Below are positions 1 to 11,387 of a stretch of 64,000 bases of DNA, one piece after another. Under the pieces are notes generated by a model. It saw nothing but the letters and a program-made list of their open reading frames with translations, was not told where the DNA came from and searched no databases. The stretch comes from a virus. A program made the position numbers and the translations under genes. How positions within the stretch are numbered: position 1 is the stretch's first letter; the number at the start of each line of letters is the position of its first letter. Location: the IMG/VR virus record IMGVR_UViG_3300027906_000003, positions 32,001 through 96,000 of that record; one strand, written 5' to 3'.

Positions 1-2
1 TC

Positions 3-3000
3 CAAAAAGATTTCTTACCATCGATTGATTTATCAAAACTAAAAAACAAAAGATTAACAATCAAAAATATTTCTGATTTATATCAGAGAAAAGGAAGTGA
101 AGAGTCAATCAAATTCTTAATGAGACTCTTATACGGTCAGGATGCAGAAGTTAGATATCCTGACAACGAAACAATTTATGTATCTGAATCAAATTACAAC
201 GAAGAAAGAAGATTAGTTTTACAGATGCCTGATGAAAAGGTACCTGCAGAAACAGATAGACTAACTTACTTAGATTCAGATGGCAAGACTATACTTGCAG
301 AAGCAAATATAGAAAGAATAAACACACTTGCAACCAATATTTACTCATGTAGTATATCCAGAAATCACTATGGAACTTTTGTAGAAAACACAACAGTTAA
401 TGTTTTAGATAGAGATGGTATTACAAGTTATACAGGAACAGTTCTAGGTGTTAATACAGGAATTAATACATCAGGTGGTTCATCTACTTATGTGGGTCAA
501 TTCAATGATGACGATGGCCATGGTATTCTCTTAGCAGAAGATGGTTCTGGTATTCTTATGGAGAAATCTACAATAGGTTCTCTATATTCAATGAATGACA
601 ATATCATCTTTACAGGTTCTAAAGATGATGCAGGAGTTGTAGACTCAACTGCAAGAGTTGATATACTATCAGACGGACCTGTTAAAGAAATTATTGTTGA
701 AGCTGGTGGTATAAATTACGAAGCTGGTGAAATGGTCGTCTTTGATGAGACTAACACAGGTGGTAATTCTGCAGAGGGAATCATTGGTGCAACTGGTGAT
801 GAAATCATATTAGAGAATGCTACACTTTGGGGTCAATTTGAATTTATTGCAACAGCTGGTCAAACTTTATTTGGTGGTGCAGGTGTAAAAGATGTCAACG
901 GAAGATATGTATTCTTTAATGACCACACTGTTAAAGTCTATAGAGATGGTTTAATACAAACAGACCCAGGTGATGGTTCAGTCTTTACACTTAAAAACGA
1001 TAGAGTCACATTTGCAGCTGGTCAATCTGCAGGAACAAAAATTGAAATTGTTACCGAATCAAATAGACTATTACACGAAACAGGAAAACCAATAACACTA
1101 GATGCCTACGATGATGGTGGAACTATCGTCTCAGATGACGGAAGAATTAGAAGAGTTGAAATCTTAAATGGTGGTGTAGGATATCAACAAGTTCCAGAAG
1201 TAAGTCCTGGTGGTTATTTATATTTTGATAAAGGTGTTGCCGAGACATATACAATTGGTGAAACAGTCACAGGTTCAATATCAAATGCAACTGCAATAGT
1301 TCTTAGAACAGATGCTAAAAACAAAAGAATAGTAGTAAAAAGAAGTCATACAGACCCAAATGCTTTTCAAACCAACGAACAAATAACAGGTTCACTTTCA
1401 TTAGTTGCAAAGATAAACAGAAAATCTACTGTTGCAACAGGAACAGGTGCAAAACTTCTTTCATATTCAGATGAAATTGGTGGTGCTGAATCAATTAACA
1501 TAATAGGACAAGGTTATAACTTTGATTCAGATGGTATTGTTTCATCAGAATCAGACTTCCCTATGTTGATTTCTACACCTAGTGCAACACCTACAAGAGA
1601 CACAGTAATAACAGGTGCTACATCAGCCACAACTGCAAAGGTTGTGAGTTATAACGCAGCGAGACAGATTTTAACATATAAAGATTTATCAGGTGAGTTC
1701 TTAGAAGGAGAAACAATAACATATAATGTTAATGATAAGTTCTCCGTCTTTAAATCAGACCCAATTTCAGGAAGAGGAAGATTTGCTGGAGAGGGAAATA
1801 TAAATGAAGGACTATTAGGTGATAAAGGAACATTAGACGCTTCTGCAGCTAATATACAAGACGGTTATTATTATCAAACACATTCATATGTTGTTAAAGT
1901 TGGTGAATCAATTAACAGTTGGAGAAGTGTATTAAAAGACTTAATACATCCATCTGGTCATATCTTCTTTGGTGAAGTTGCAATTAACTCATCAATCAAT
2001 ACAGTTGCAGATGAACAATTTAGATTTAGACCAACACTTATAATGAACTTAGATGTTGGTATTGCAGTTCCAAATGCCTTTGCAAATTCTTCAAGAGTTG
2101 TAAATCTTTGGACTACAGACAGTGAAGTCACAGCTGCTGGTGCAATGATGCAATTATTAGAAGCAGGTATTCCTGGAATAAATGTAGATACATCAGGTAT
2201 ATTAAACACAACAGATACAACAAATAGTGCAGGACAAAGTTTAGGTGCAAGGTCAGAATTCTATGACACTTCACATAGGTCAAGACACATCAACCTTAAT
2301 ATTATAAACTCTTTTGCAACAGTGACAACAAATCATGCAAAAGGTTCCAATGCTGGTCTACCAACAGCATTATCATTAGATTCTTCGGACCATGATTACT
2401 TAATAAGAAGTCCAGAAAGAAGACCTGCAGACCAAGGTAAAATTTTCCAACTTGGTTCTCTAGTTGATGAACAACTAATACTTGAAGATGGTGGTCTTAT
2501 TGAATTAGAAGAAGAAGTATGTAAAGTGAGAATGGAACCTGATGAAAATGCAAGAGTTAAAGGAGATTATGGTGATGTCTTCACAATGGAAGACGGAAGT
2601 ATATTCAGACTTGAAAGTGCAACTACAGATGAACCTGTTCATTACTTTACGACTGAAAGGTCTATAGAATTGGCAGGAAAATATCTTAGAATGGAAGATA
2701 ATGAAAGAATCTGTATGGAAGATGGAGACATACTAATTGATGAAGAGAACTCAGAAAATGGCATAGTCAGTTTCGTTCCTTTAGGGTCTCGATTTAACAC
2801 TATAAATACAATTAGTGAACAAGACACTTATCGAATATCATATCATATGAGGCAAGAATCTGGTAACGCAGCTAACAATAGTGGTGGTATTAATATAGAA
2901 GGCCAAGGTAGTGGAACAAATCCATCTTATAATGGTGACAATATAATAATGGAAGATAATTCAGGTAGTGTATTGATGGAAGAGTCAATAAAAGAGGGAT

Positions 3001-3119
3001 TGAGAATATCAGACTTAGAAACTTATTATCCTAAGTTCTATGTATCAGAATACGACAATCACAGAAATTTAAGAACAAATTTAACATTTAATGCTTATGT
3101 TAAGTCGGCCACGACATAA
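3..3119 (+). CDS. gp7: Baseplate wedge protein, T4 gp7-like (5'-partial)
   Basis: Frame is open from the window edge (QKDFLPSIDL...KNISDLYQRKGSEESIKFLMRLLYG). Contains IQDGYYYQTHSYVVK and LIHPSG motifs of marine T4-like gp7. Lies directly upstream of gp8. Confidence 0.8.
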   Translation, partial: QKDFLPSIDLSKLKNKRLTIKNISDLYQRKGSEESIKFLMRLLYGQDAEVRYPDNETIYVSESNYNEERRLVLQMPDEKVPAETDRLTYLDSDGKTILAEANIERINTLATNIYSCSISRNHYGTFVENTTVNVLDRDGITSYTGTVLGVNTGINTSGGSSTYVGQFNDDDGHGILLAEDGSGILMEKSTIGSLYSMNDNIIFTGSKDDAGVVDSTARVDILSDGPVKEIIVEAGGINYEAGEMVVFDETNTGGNSAEGIIGATGDEIILENATLWGQFEFIATAGQTLFGGAGVKDVNGRYVFFNDHTVKVYRDGLIQTDPGDGSVFTLKNDRVTFAAGQSAGTKIEIVTESNRLLHETGKPITLDAYDDGGTIVSDDGRIRRVEILNGGVGYQQVPEVSPGGYLYFDKGVAETYTIGETVTGSISNATAIVLRTDAKNKRIVVKRSHTDPNAFQTNEQITGSLSLVAKINRKSTVATGTGAKLLSYSDEIGGAESINIIGQGYNFDSDGIVSSESDFPMLISTPSATPTRDTVITGATSATTAKVVSYNAARQILTYKDLSGEFLEGETITYNVNDKFSVFKSDPISGRGRFAGEGNINEGLLGDKGTLDASAANIQDGYYYQTHSYVVKVGESINSWRSVLKDLIHPSGHIFFGEVAINSSINTVADEQFRFRPTLIMNLDVGIAVPNAFANSSRVVNLWTTDSEVTAAGAMMQLLEAGIPGINVDTSGILNTTDTTNSAGQSLGARSEFYDTSHRSRHINLNIINSFATVTTNHAKGSNAGLPTALSLDSSDHDYLIRSPERRPADQGKIFQLGSLVDEQLILEDGGLIELEEEVCKVRMEPDENARVKGDYGDVFTMEDGSIFRLESATTDEPVHYFTTERSIELAGKYLRMEDNERICMEDGDILIDEENSENGIVSFVPLGSRFNTINTISEQDTYRISYHMRQESGNAANNSGGINIEGQGSGTNPSYNGDNIIMEDNSGSVLMEESIKEGLRISDLETYYPKFYVSEYDNHRNLRTNLTFNAYVKSATT

Positions 3120-3159
3120 ATAGTATTAAAGAAAATTATAATCTGAGGAGATTAAGAAA

Positions 3160-4629
3160 ATGGCAGCAATAATAACAGAGAAGTTTCGTGTTCATAATGC
3201 GAGACAATTCAAAGAAGACTTTGGTGAAGCAGAATCATCAACATATGTTTTCATAGGTCGTTCATCATCATGGGCAGACGATAATAGTCCACCAGCACCT
3301 GCAAACGGAGTCGGTGAAGAAATACAAGCATGGGAAGACATGTTGGCACTTAAAAAAGTTGACCCAGCAGATGTATCTCATGGTATAACAAGATATAACT
3401 GGACATCAGGAACAAAATACGATGAGTATTCACATGATTACAGTGCAACAAATAAAACACCTGCAACAAACAAAGATAGTTTGTATGAAGGAAGATTTTA
3501 TGTGATGACTGATGAATATCATGTCTACAAATGTATCAGAACAGGAAGAGATAGTTCAGGTGCAGTTGTAAACTCAGTAAACAAACCAACAGGAACAGAT
3601 GTATCAGTTCTATTTGAAGGAACACCAGCTGATGAGGGTGGAACAGACGGAATGCCTTATCTTTGGAAGTATATGTATACTATATCTGCTTCAGATACAA
3701 TCAAGTTCGTGACTAACGACTTTATACCTGTTAAGACATTAGGTGCAAAGACAGGTATTTTTGGAACTCATACAAACGGTGGTCTGAACTCCTCAGCAGA
3801 CAACGATAGTTCACAACAATATCAAGTAGAGACAAATGCTGTCGATGGTTCAATCTTACATATTAAAGTTGACAATCCAGGTTCTGGATATACAGATGGA
3901 ACTTACACGAATGTCGATATCGATGGAGATGGTTCATCTGGAAAATGCACTGTTAAGGTAGTTTCAGGTGGTCTAAGAGAAATCGATGTGACTAACCGAG
4001 GAAGTTTATATAAACAAGCATCTATTGATGTTGCGGGTATATCAAGCATCGGTGGTGGTTCAGGTGGAGTTGCAACTCCAGTAATATCACCTCAGTTCGG
4101 ACATGGTGCTGACCCTGTAGAAGAATTAGGTGGAAACTACATCATCGTTAATTCAAGATTAGAATTCAATGAGGGTGCAGGAGATTTCCCTGTAGATAAC
4201 GATTTCAGACGAATTGGTCTATGTCAAGACCCATTTGCATTTGGAACAACAAACAGAGCAACTGCAGCTACTATGTTTGCTTATGGCAAAATGACTTTAT
4301 CTGCAATTGGTTCACTTGGTGTAGATGACTTAATACATAGTGCATCATCTGATGGTTCTGGTGTGGCTGCGGCTAGAGTAGTTTCAATTTCAGGAACAGT
4401 AGTATCATTTTTACCAATCGCAAACAGTGCGGGTGGTTATGTAGACTTCGTAGCAGGAAATACAGTTCACAAAATAGGAGTTGGTTCAATCGGAACTATA
4501 AACTCTTCAAGTATGGTGAATCCAGAGGTTGCAAAACATACAGGTAGAATGATGTATATTGAGAATAGAGGTGCGGTAACTCGTGCAAGTGACCAGATTG
4601 AAGATATCAAACTGATTATCGAAATGTAA
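3160..4629 (+). CDS. gp8: Baseplate wedge subunit gp8
   Basis: MAAIITEKFR N-terminus, FYVMTDEYHVYKC, YLWKYMY, GHGADPVEELGG and C-terminal QIEDIKLIIEM. GAGGAG SD and CATAAATA late-promoter variant upstream. Confidence 0.9.
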   Translation: MAAIITEKFRVHNARQFKEDFGEAESSTYVFIGRSSSWADDNSPPAPANGVGEEIQAWEDMLALKKVDPADVSHGITRYNWTSGTKYDEYSHDYSATNKTPATNKDSLYEGRFYVMTDEYHVYKCIRTGRDSSGAVVNSVNKPTGTDVSVLFEGTPADEGGTDGMPYLWKYMYTISASDTIKFVTNDFIPVKTLGAKTGIFGTHTNGGLNSSADNDSSQQYQVETNAVDGSILHIKVDNPGSGYTDGTYTNVDIDGDGSSGKCTVKVVSGGLREIDVTNRGSLYKQASIDVAGISSIGGGSGGVATPVISPQFGHGADPVEELGGNYIIVNSRLEFNEGAGDFPVDNDFRRIGLCQDPFAFGTTNRATAATMFAYGKMTLSAIGSLGVDDLIHSASSDGSGVAAARVVSISGTVVSFLPIANSAGGYVDFVAGNTVHKIGVGSIGTINSSSMVNPEVAKHTGRMMYIENRGAVTRASDQIEDIKLIIEM

Positions 4630-4632
4630 TTC

Positions 4633-4654
4633 ATGGGAGTCAAAGGACTCCCAT
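4633..4654 (+). other. Intergenic 9-bp hairpin without U-tract
   Basis: ATGGGAGTC-AAAG-GACTCCCAT between gp8 and the VrlC-like gene. Confidence 0.6.
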
Positions 4655-4675
4655 ATATAAAATTTAGGACAAACA

Positions 4676-7600
4676 ATGGCAGAGAAAACTGATTTAAATA
4701 TATCACCCTATTACGATGACTATTCAGAAGATAAGAACTTTCAAAAAGTTCTTTATCGTGCTGGTAGACCACTTCAAGCAAGAGAATTAACTCAGTCTCA
4801 ATCAATTTTACAAAATCAAATTGAAAGATTTGGTGACCACTTCTTTAAAGAGGGTTCTATAGTATCTGGTGCTCAATGTGATGTTGACATGGACTTATAC
4901 TATGTTAAAGTAAAGTCTGCTAATCCAAATTCCTCAGGTGATGCAAGTATCGAAACATTCAGAACTGCATCACATGGTTTACATATTCAAGGTAAAACAT
5001 CAGGTGTTGTTGCAAAGATTATAACATCAACTGCTGAAACATCAGATGATAAAGCGACACTATTTGTTTACTACTTACAACAAGGAACAAATACAACCAA
5101 TGATTTTGCATTCACACCAAATGAAGAATTACAACTAGTCACATTAGATGGTTCTGGTAATGTATCAGATATTGGCACAAACAACAATGACTTTCAGGTA
5201 GAAGTTGAAACAGAAACACCAAATGGTCGTGCTTCTATAGCAAACATCTCAGAGGGTGTTGTCTTTAGTAGAGGTTTCTTCCTAAAAGTTGACAAACAAG
5301 AACTCATACTTGAAAAGTATTCAGGTAAACCAAGTTATAAAGTTGGTCTCTCTATTGTAGAATCGTTTGTTGATTCTGCAGAAGATAACACACTAGAAGA
5401 CAATGCAACAGGAACATCAAACGAAAACGCTGCAGGTGCAGATAGATTTAAAGTTGCATTAACCCTAACAAAACAATCATTAACTACCTCAGATGATACA
5501 AACTTCATCGAACTAACAAGAGTTAATCAAGGTGTTATTGAACTACATGTCAATAGACCTGTTTACAATGAAATAGAAAATACACTTGCAAGAAGAACAT
5601 TCGATGCAAATGGTGATTTTGTTGTAAAACAATTCACTCAATCAATGAGAGAACATTTAGATGATACTACTAACAGAGGATTCTATACTGCAACAAATGG
5701 TGGTAAAGAAGACCAATTTGTTATGCAAGTATCTCCAGGTAAAGCATATGTTAAAGGTTACGAAGTAGAGAAGATAGGAACTTCTATAATACCTATAAAC
5801 AAAGCAAGGTCTACTGCAACTTTAACATCAACAAATACTCCTATTAGATTAGGAAACAGATTAAGAGTCACAAAATTACATTCATTACCAGAATTTGGTA
5901 ATGAATCAGGAACAGATGCACAAGACCCATTTCAAACTTGTGAATTATTTCCTAGTGCGGTTGCATCACAAGGTGTAAAGAATAGTGAAAACCCAATTGG
6001 TTATGCAAGAGTAAGAGATGTAGTTCATCATTCAGGTGTAGATTCATCTAATGTCTATGGTGATGATGCACAATTTGATTTATCTATGTTTGACATTAAG
6101 ATGTTTACACAATTGTCTTTCAGTAGTGTAGCTAGTAATACTGAGGTCAAAGTTGGAGATAAAATTACAGAAACAAATAGTGGAGTTCCGACAGGTGCTT
6201 CAGGTATTGTAGCCGTTTGTGACAGCACAAATAATGTCTACATGTTGCACGATGTTATTGGACAATTTACAGTAGGATATGGATTATCTTCCTCAGGACA
6301 AACTGCCCACACTAAATCAAATGCGGCGGGAATAACAGCAGTTAGAAATTATAACATAGATAGAGTTCGTTCTATATATCAAGAACCTTTGGCTACATCT
6401 AGTAGAGAAGAGTTCACTGCAAATGTTATAACAAACTCAGAATTTATATTAACAGGAACAGTTCAATTTACAGCTAGTTCAACTGCATTAACAGGATTTG
6501 GAACTGCATTTACAAGAGAACTAAAAGAAGGAGATGTTGTTTACAATCCTTCAGGTTCAGGTCAAGAAAGAATTGTTGCCTCAGTCACAGATAATACAAC
6601 TGCTGTTCTTACAGCAAATTCAACAGCTGCTTTCCAAGGAAATGTCACAAGACGAAGAGCTGCTTTAATTGACCAAGACCAATCTGCAAGTATATTCAGT
6701 TGGCCTAGAGATTGGGTTAAAGACCATACACCAGACCAAGTAAAAGTAAGAAGACAAAAAGTTGTGACAGTCACTTCAAATTCTTTCACTCTTAATGTTG
6801 GTTCTAGTGAGTCGTTTGATTCAAATCTTCCTACTACTGATGATTTAACGATTGCAGTTATTGAAGCTGGTTCAGGTTCTTCTGCAAAAGCAGTTGGTGA
6901 CTTATTGAATGTAGAAGATTACACTAAAACAGCAGGCACAGGAACATTATCAATTGGTGGTTTTCATTCAGACGATAACGATGCAGTATTAAAAGTCACA
7001 TATACAGTTGACATTAATACACCTGTTAACAGAGATAAAACATTACACAAAAACAGATGTCTGAAAGTAGGAACTGCTTCAGGTAATAATGGTTTCTATG
7101 GAACTAATTACAACGATAAAGAAATATCACTTGGTGTTTCAGATGTATTTAAAGTAAGAGGTATATATGAAGGAGTTGATAATACTCCTCTAACACCAAG
7201 TGCAACATTTACAATCACATCAGGAGCATTTACAAACCATGAAGTAATCATTGGTCAAACATCAGACGCAAGGGCAGTATTAGTCACAAATAATGGTAAT
7301 GCAGCTACAAGTTATTTCTATTATACAACACCAGAAAGATTTATAGATACTGAGGTTATTACTGGTAAAGATTCAAGTGCAACTGCAACACTAACAAATG
7401 TTAATGCAGGTTCTCCAGACATCACAAGTAGATACTTCTTTGATGATGGTCAAAGAGATGGTATGTATGACTTAGCAAAATTAACACTTAAATCTGGTGA
7501 ACCAGTTCCACAAGGACCGATTCTAATAGTATATGATTACTTTACAGCATCAAACGCTGGTGATTTCTATGATGTAAATTCATACAGTAATATTGACTAT

Positions 7601-10600
7601 AAAGATATACCTGTTTACTCTCCAAGTAGAGTTGACTTAGGTGGTTTAGAACCAGACGGAACATTCGAACTATCAGATTGTGCAGACTTTAGACCAAATT
7701 GTGGTCAAGTATTTGCATCTTCAACATTTAAAACCGATTTACAACATAATGTTGCAAGTCCATTAGACTTATCTAATACAACTAATGGTGCAAGGTATTC
7801 TCCATTTTCATATGATGAGGGTCGTTCATTTGCATCTAGTAGAACAAACATAACATCTGCTAATGCAAGTGCTGTAGACTCACCTGTTAATGGTTCAAAT
7901 ATGACTGGTGCTATTGACTTCTATGTTGGAAGAATAGATAAAGTGTTTATGCACAAAACAGGTCAGTTCATGGTATCAACAGGTATTCCTTCGTTGACAC
8001 CAACCAAACCAAAAGCAATCGATGATGCAATCGAAATGTTTGAACTGAGAATACCACCTTACACGAACAATCTAAAAGATATTAGAGTAAGGTCACATGA
8101 CCATAGACGATATACTATGAAAGATATCGGTAAGATTAATAATAGGGTCACAAACTTAGAAAGAATTACTGCATTATCTTTATTAGAAAAAGACACACAA
8201 ACAAAACAAATTTTAGATGCAGACGGATTTGATAGATTCAAATCAGGTTTCTTAGTAGATAACTTTAGAGGTCATAGAGTTGGTGATGTAAATCATCCAG
8301 ACTATAATGTTTCTATTGATGCAAAATTAGGTGCAATGAGACCTAAATCATATTCACAATTCTTTGATTTAGATTTAGATACTACTGCATCATCAAACTA
8401 TACTAAGACTGGTGATTTAATTACATTACCATTCTCAGAATTATCATATGTAAACCAAGATAAAGCATCAAGACAATTGAATGTTAATCCATATCATGTC
8501 TTTGCATTCGATGGTCAACTTAAATTAACACCTGGTACCGATATATGGCAAGACACAGAACAATTACCAGAAGTAAGAGTTAATAGAGAAGGAAACTTTG
8601 ATGCTGTTATGGCTGAAAACGATAATGCCTTAGGAACAGTTTGGAATAACTGGCAAACAACATGGGCAGGAGAACCAACTGCAGTAAGTTCAGAAGTTCA
8701 AGCAACTTCAAATGGTTCTTGGTCAGGAGACCCAGCACAAGGTGGTGAATGGGTTGCAGGTTTACAAGTCACAAGAGAAATTACAGAAACACCTGAAACA
8801 CAAACAAGAACAGGTGTGACAACAAGTGTTGTTGAAGACTTTGTAGAAACAAGAAACGATAGAGTCGTATCAGTATCAATGATACCATTCTGTAGAGCAA
8901 GAACAATTGAAATAGATGCAACGAACTTAAAACCAGGTTCAAATCACTATGTCTTCTTTGATAACATCGATGTAAATAAATTTGTAAGACCTTATAATGC
9001 AAGTTATTCACAAGACGGTGGAACTACAGTATCATCAGGAGTTAAGACAGACGGAAACGGAAGATGTCGTGCATATTTTGAATTGCCTAATAGTAATGCA
9101 CAAAGATTCCCTTCAGGAATGAGGGAGATGATGATTACAACATCTGCATTCAATCTATCTAATCCAGCTTCAAGTGCTAGTGTTATATATCAAGCACAAG
9201 GACTATTACAATCTTCTCAAACAGAAATAGTATCAACAAGAAATGGTCGAGTAATTACAGAAAGAACAAGAGGAGAAAGACAATTTACAAGAAGAGGTGA
9301 GAATATAAACTCAACTGAGTGGGATTCACAAGCACCAGAAATACCAGTAAATGATGTTGTCGTGACTCCACCAAGTTCACCGATAGTTCCACCTCCAGTA
9401 GAACCACCAATTCCTGTGCCAGCACCAATACAACCTCCACAATTGGAGTCATTCCCTGCTACTGGTGTAGACAGAAGATTCATAACCAGATTAGATGGTG
9501 GTGGAAGAGGTGGTTGGAAAGACCCATTAGCACAATCATTCATGTGTGAACCACAAGGTGGAATGTTCTTATCATCAATCGATTTATACTTTGCAACTAA
9601 GTCAGATAACTTACCTGTATCTGTAGAAATCAGAAATATGGTAAACGGATATCCAGGTCAAACAGTATTACCATTCTCAGTAGTCACTAAGAATCCAGGA
9701 GATGTTAATACATCATCAGATGGTTCAGTGGTAACAACATTCACATTCGAATCACCAGTTTATATAGAAGAGGGTGCAGAAATGTGTTTCGTTGTTCTAT
9801 CTAACTCAAATGATTACGAAGTATTCATTTCAAGAATGGGTGAATCAGATATAATTTCTGGTGAGACAATATCAGGACAACCTTATGCAGGTTCTTTATT
9901 CTTATCTCAGAATGCGTCAACATGGACTGCAGAACAAACAGATGATATGAAGTTCAACATGAAGATATGTTCATTCGATACAACAAAAACACCTGATTTA
10001 AGATTTAATAATAGTGCATTACCAACACACACATTACAAAACAATCCAGTAGAAGCATTCTCAGGCAAAAACTTTGTTAAAGTTTATAACTACTCACATG
10101 GAATGTATACACCAAATTCAAGTGTGACACTTGCAGGATTAACAGGAGACAAACAAGGTTCTGCCTTAACTGTTGATACATTTACTACATCAGGAAGTCC
10201 AACTGCATCTTCAACATTTGCTGATAAAGCACAAAGTTCAACATCTGGTCAAGGTTCAGGTATGGTAGTAGAACTTACTACAGATGCTTCTAGTCCACCT
10301 GTAGTCACAGGTGTTAAGATAAAAGACCCAGGTCAAGGACATGTAGTTGGAGATGTTATTACTATCGAGAATTTTGAATCAACACATGATTGCACATTTA
10401 GAATTGCCTCAATCGGAGAGACAATTGGTGGTATGCCAGTAGATGCTATAAACGCATCATTCACTGCCATTAAAGAAATTGGTATTGATTCATTCTGCGT
10501 GACACCAGATGTATCATCATATCACTTCGTATCAAATTATACTGCACCTGCATCAACAGTAAGTGGTGGTTCAGTTGCAACATCAACAAGAAACTATTAC

Positions 10601-11383
10601 TTTGATACACTGCATACTATGATACCTAACATTCAATTTAAAAACACAAGAATATATTCAAGTGTTTATATGTCACCAATGCAATCACCAGAAGGATTTG
10701 TTGGTGGTGGTGCAAACTATGTTAAGAAAACAGTCACAGAATTTATAACACTAAATGATAATAGTCATTTTAGTAATTCACATGTTGTTGCATCTCCAGT
10801 AAATGAATCTGCTTACAATGGTAACACAAAATCATTTACTGCTCAGTTGCAATTACAATCATTTAATTCTAACTTATCACCTGTAGTCGATGTAGGAACA
10901 TTGGGTGCTATTGGTATTATGAATAGATTGAACAATATTGATAGTGCAACAAGTAAGAAAATAGATACAACTACAAATTCATTACCAGAAGGAACAGTAT
11001 ATGTTGCATCAACTGAACCTGAGGGTGATAATAATGCAATGGTATATTGCACAAGAAAAGTTAATTTAAAAACACCTGCAACTGCATTAAGAGTCACAGC
11101 AGATTTATTTAAACCTGCAACAGCAGATATCAAGTTTATGTATAAGATTCTAAAGAATGATGAATCTACTCCTTGGGACGATTTGGGTTGGGAATTCTTC
11201 AACACTGATGGTTCACCAGATGCAACACTTGAATCAGATGCAAGAAACTTTAAAGAATATGATTATACTGCAGAAGGACTTGCAGAGTTTTCATCATTTG
11301 CAATTAAGATTGTAGGACAAGGAACAAATACATGTGAAATACCGTTAGTAGCGGCTTTAAGATGTATTGCATTAGCAACATAA
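4676..11383 (+). CDS. Large virion structural protein (VrlC-like / DUF4815-type)
   Basis: TDLNISPYYDDY...GRPLQARELTQSQSILQNQIE N-terminus, DRFKSGFLVDNF and DPLAQSF motifs. Usual position after gp8 in marine T4-like phages. Confidence 0.85.
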   Translation: MAEKTDLNISPYYDDYSEDKNFQKVLYRAGRPLQARELTQSQSILQNQIERFGDHFFKEGSIVSGAQCDVDMDLYYVKVKSANPNSSGDASIETFRTASHGLHIQGKTSGVVAKIITSTAETSDDKATLFVYYLQQGTNTTNDFAFTPNEELQLVTLDGSGNVSDIGTNNNDFQVEVETETPNGRASIANISEGVVFSRGFFLKVDKQELILEKYSGKPSYKVGLSIVESFVDSAEDNTLEDNATGTSNENAAGADRFKVALTLTKQSLTTSDDTNFIELTRVNQGVIELHVNRPVYNEIENTLARRTFDANGDFVVKQFTQSMREHLDDTTNRGFYTATNGGKEDQFVMQVSPGKAYVKGYEVEKIGTSIIPINKARSTATLTSTNTPIRLGNRLRVTKLHSLPEFGNESGTDAQDPFQTCELFPSAVASQGVKNSENPIGYARVRDVVHHSGVDSSNVYGDDAQFDLSMFDIKMFTQLSFSSVASNTEVKVGDKITETNSGVPTGASGIVAVCDSTNNVYMLHDVIGQFTVGYGLSSSGQTAHTKSNAAGITAVRNYNIDRVRSIYQEPLATSSREEFTANVITNSEFILTGTVQFTASSTALTGFGTAFTRELKEGDVVYNPSGSGQERIVASVTDNTTAVLTANSTAAFQGNVTRRRAALIDQDQSASIFSWPRDWVKDHTPDQVKVRRQKVVTVTSNSFTLNVGSSESFDSNLPTTDDLTIAVIEAGSGSSAKAVGDLLNVEDYTKTAGTGTLSIGGFHSDDNDAVLKVTYTVDINTPVNRDKTLHKNRCLKVGTASGNNGFYGTNYNDKEISLGVSDVFKVRGIYEGVDNTPLTPSATFTITSGAFTNHEVIIGQTSDARAVLVTNNGNAATSYFYYTTPERFIDTEVITGKDSSATATLTNVNAGSPDITSRYFFDDGQRDGMYDLAKLTLKSGEPVPQGPILIVYDYFTASNAGDFYDVNSYSNIDYKDIPVYSPSRVDLGGLEPDGTFELSDCADFRPNCGQVFASSTFKTDLQHNVASPLDLSNTTNGARYSPFSYDEGRSFASSRTNITSANASAVDSPVNGSNMTGAIDFYVGRIDKVFMHKTGQFMVSTGIPSLTPTKPKAIDDAIEMFELRIPPYTNNLKDIRVRSHDHRRYTMKDIGKINNRVTNLERITALSLLEKDTQTKQILDADGFDRFKSGFLVDNFRGHRVGDVNHPDYNVSIDAKLGAMRPKSYSQFFDLDLDTTASSNYTKTGDLITLPFSELSYVNQDKASRQLNVNPYHVFAFDGQLKLTPGTDIWQDTEQLPEVRVNREGNFDAVMAENDNALGTVWNNWQTTWAGEPTAVSSEVQATSNGSWSGDPAQGGEWVAGLQVTREITETPETQTRTGVTTSVVEDFVETRNDRVVSVSMIPFCRARTIEIDATNLKPGSNHYVFFDNIDVNKFVRPYNASYSQDGGTTVSSGVKTDGNGRCRAYFELPNSNAQRFPSGMREMMITTSAFNLSNPASSASVIYQAQGLLQSSQTEIVSTRNGRVITERTRGERQFTRRGENINSTEWDSQAPEIPVNDVVVTPPSSPIVPPPVEPPIPVPAPIQPPQLESFPATGVDRRFITRLDGGGRGGWKDPLAQSFMCEPQGGMFLSSIDLYFATKSDNLPVSVEIRNMVNGYPGQTVLPFSVVTKNPGDVNTSSDGSVVTTFTFESPVYIEEGAEMCFVVLSNSNDYEVFISRMGESDIISGETISGQPYAGSLFLSQNASTWTAEQTDDMKFNMKICSFDTTKTPDLRFNNSALPTHTLQNNPVEAFSGKNFVKVYNYSHGMYTPNSSVTLAGLTGDKQGSALTVDTFTTSGSPTASSTFADKAQSSTSGQGSGMVVELTTDASSPPVVTGVKIKDPGQGHVVGDVITIENFESTHDCTFRIASIGETIGGMPVDAINASFTAIKEIGIDSFCVTPDVSSYHFVSNYTAPASTVSGGSVATSTRNYYFDTLHTMIPNIQFKNTRIYSSVYMSPMQSPEGFVGGGANYVKKTVTEFITLNDNSHFSNSHVVASPVNESAYNGNTKSFTAQLQLQSFNSNLSPVVDVGTLGAIGIMNRLNNIDSATSKKIDTTTNSLPEGTVYVASTEPEGDNNAMVYCTRKVNLKTPATALRVTADLFKPATADIKFMYKILKNDESTPWDDLGWEFFNTDGSPDATLESDARNFKEYDYTAEGLAEFSSFAIKIVGQGTNTCEIPLVAALRCIALAT

Positions 11384-11387
11384 TATT

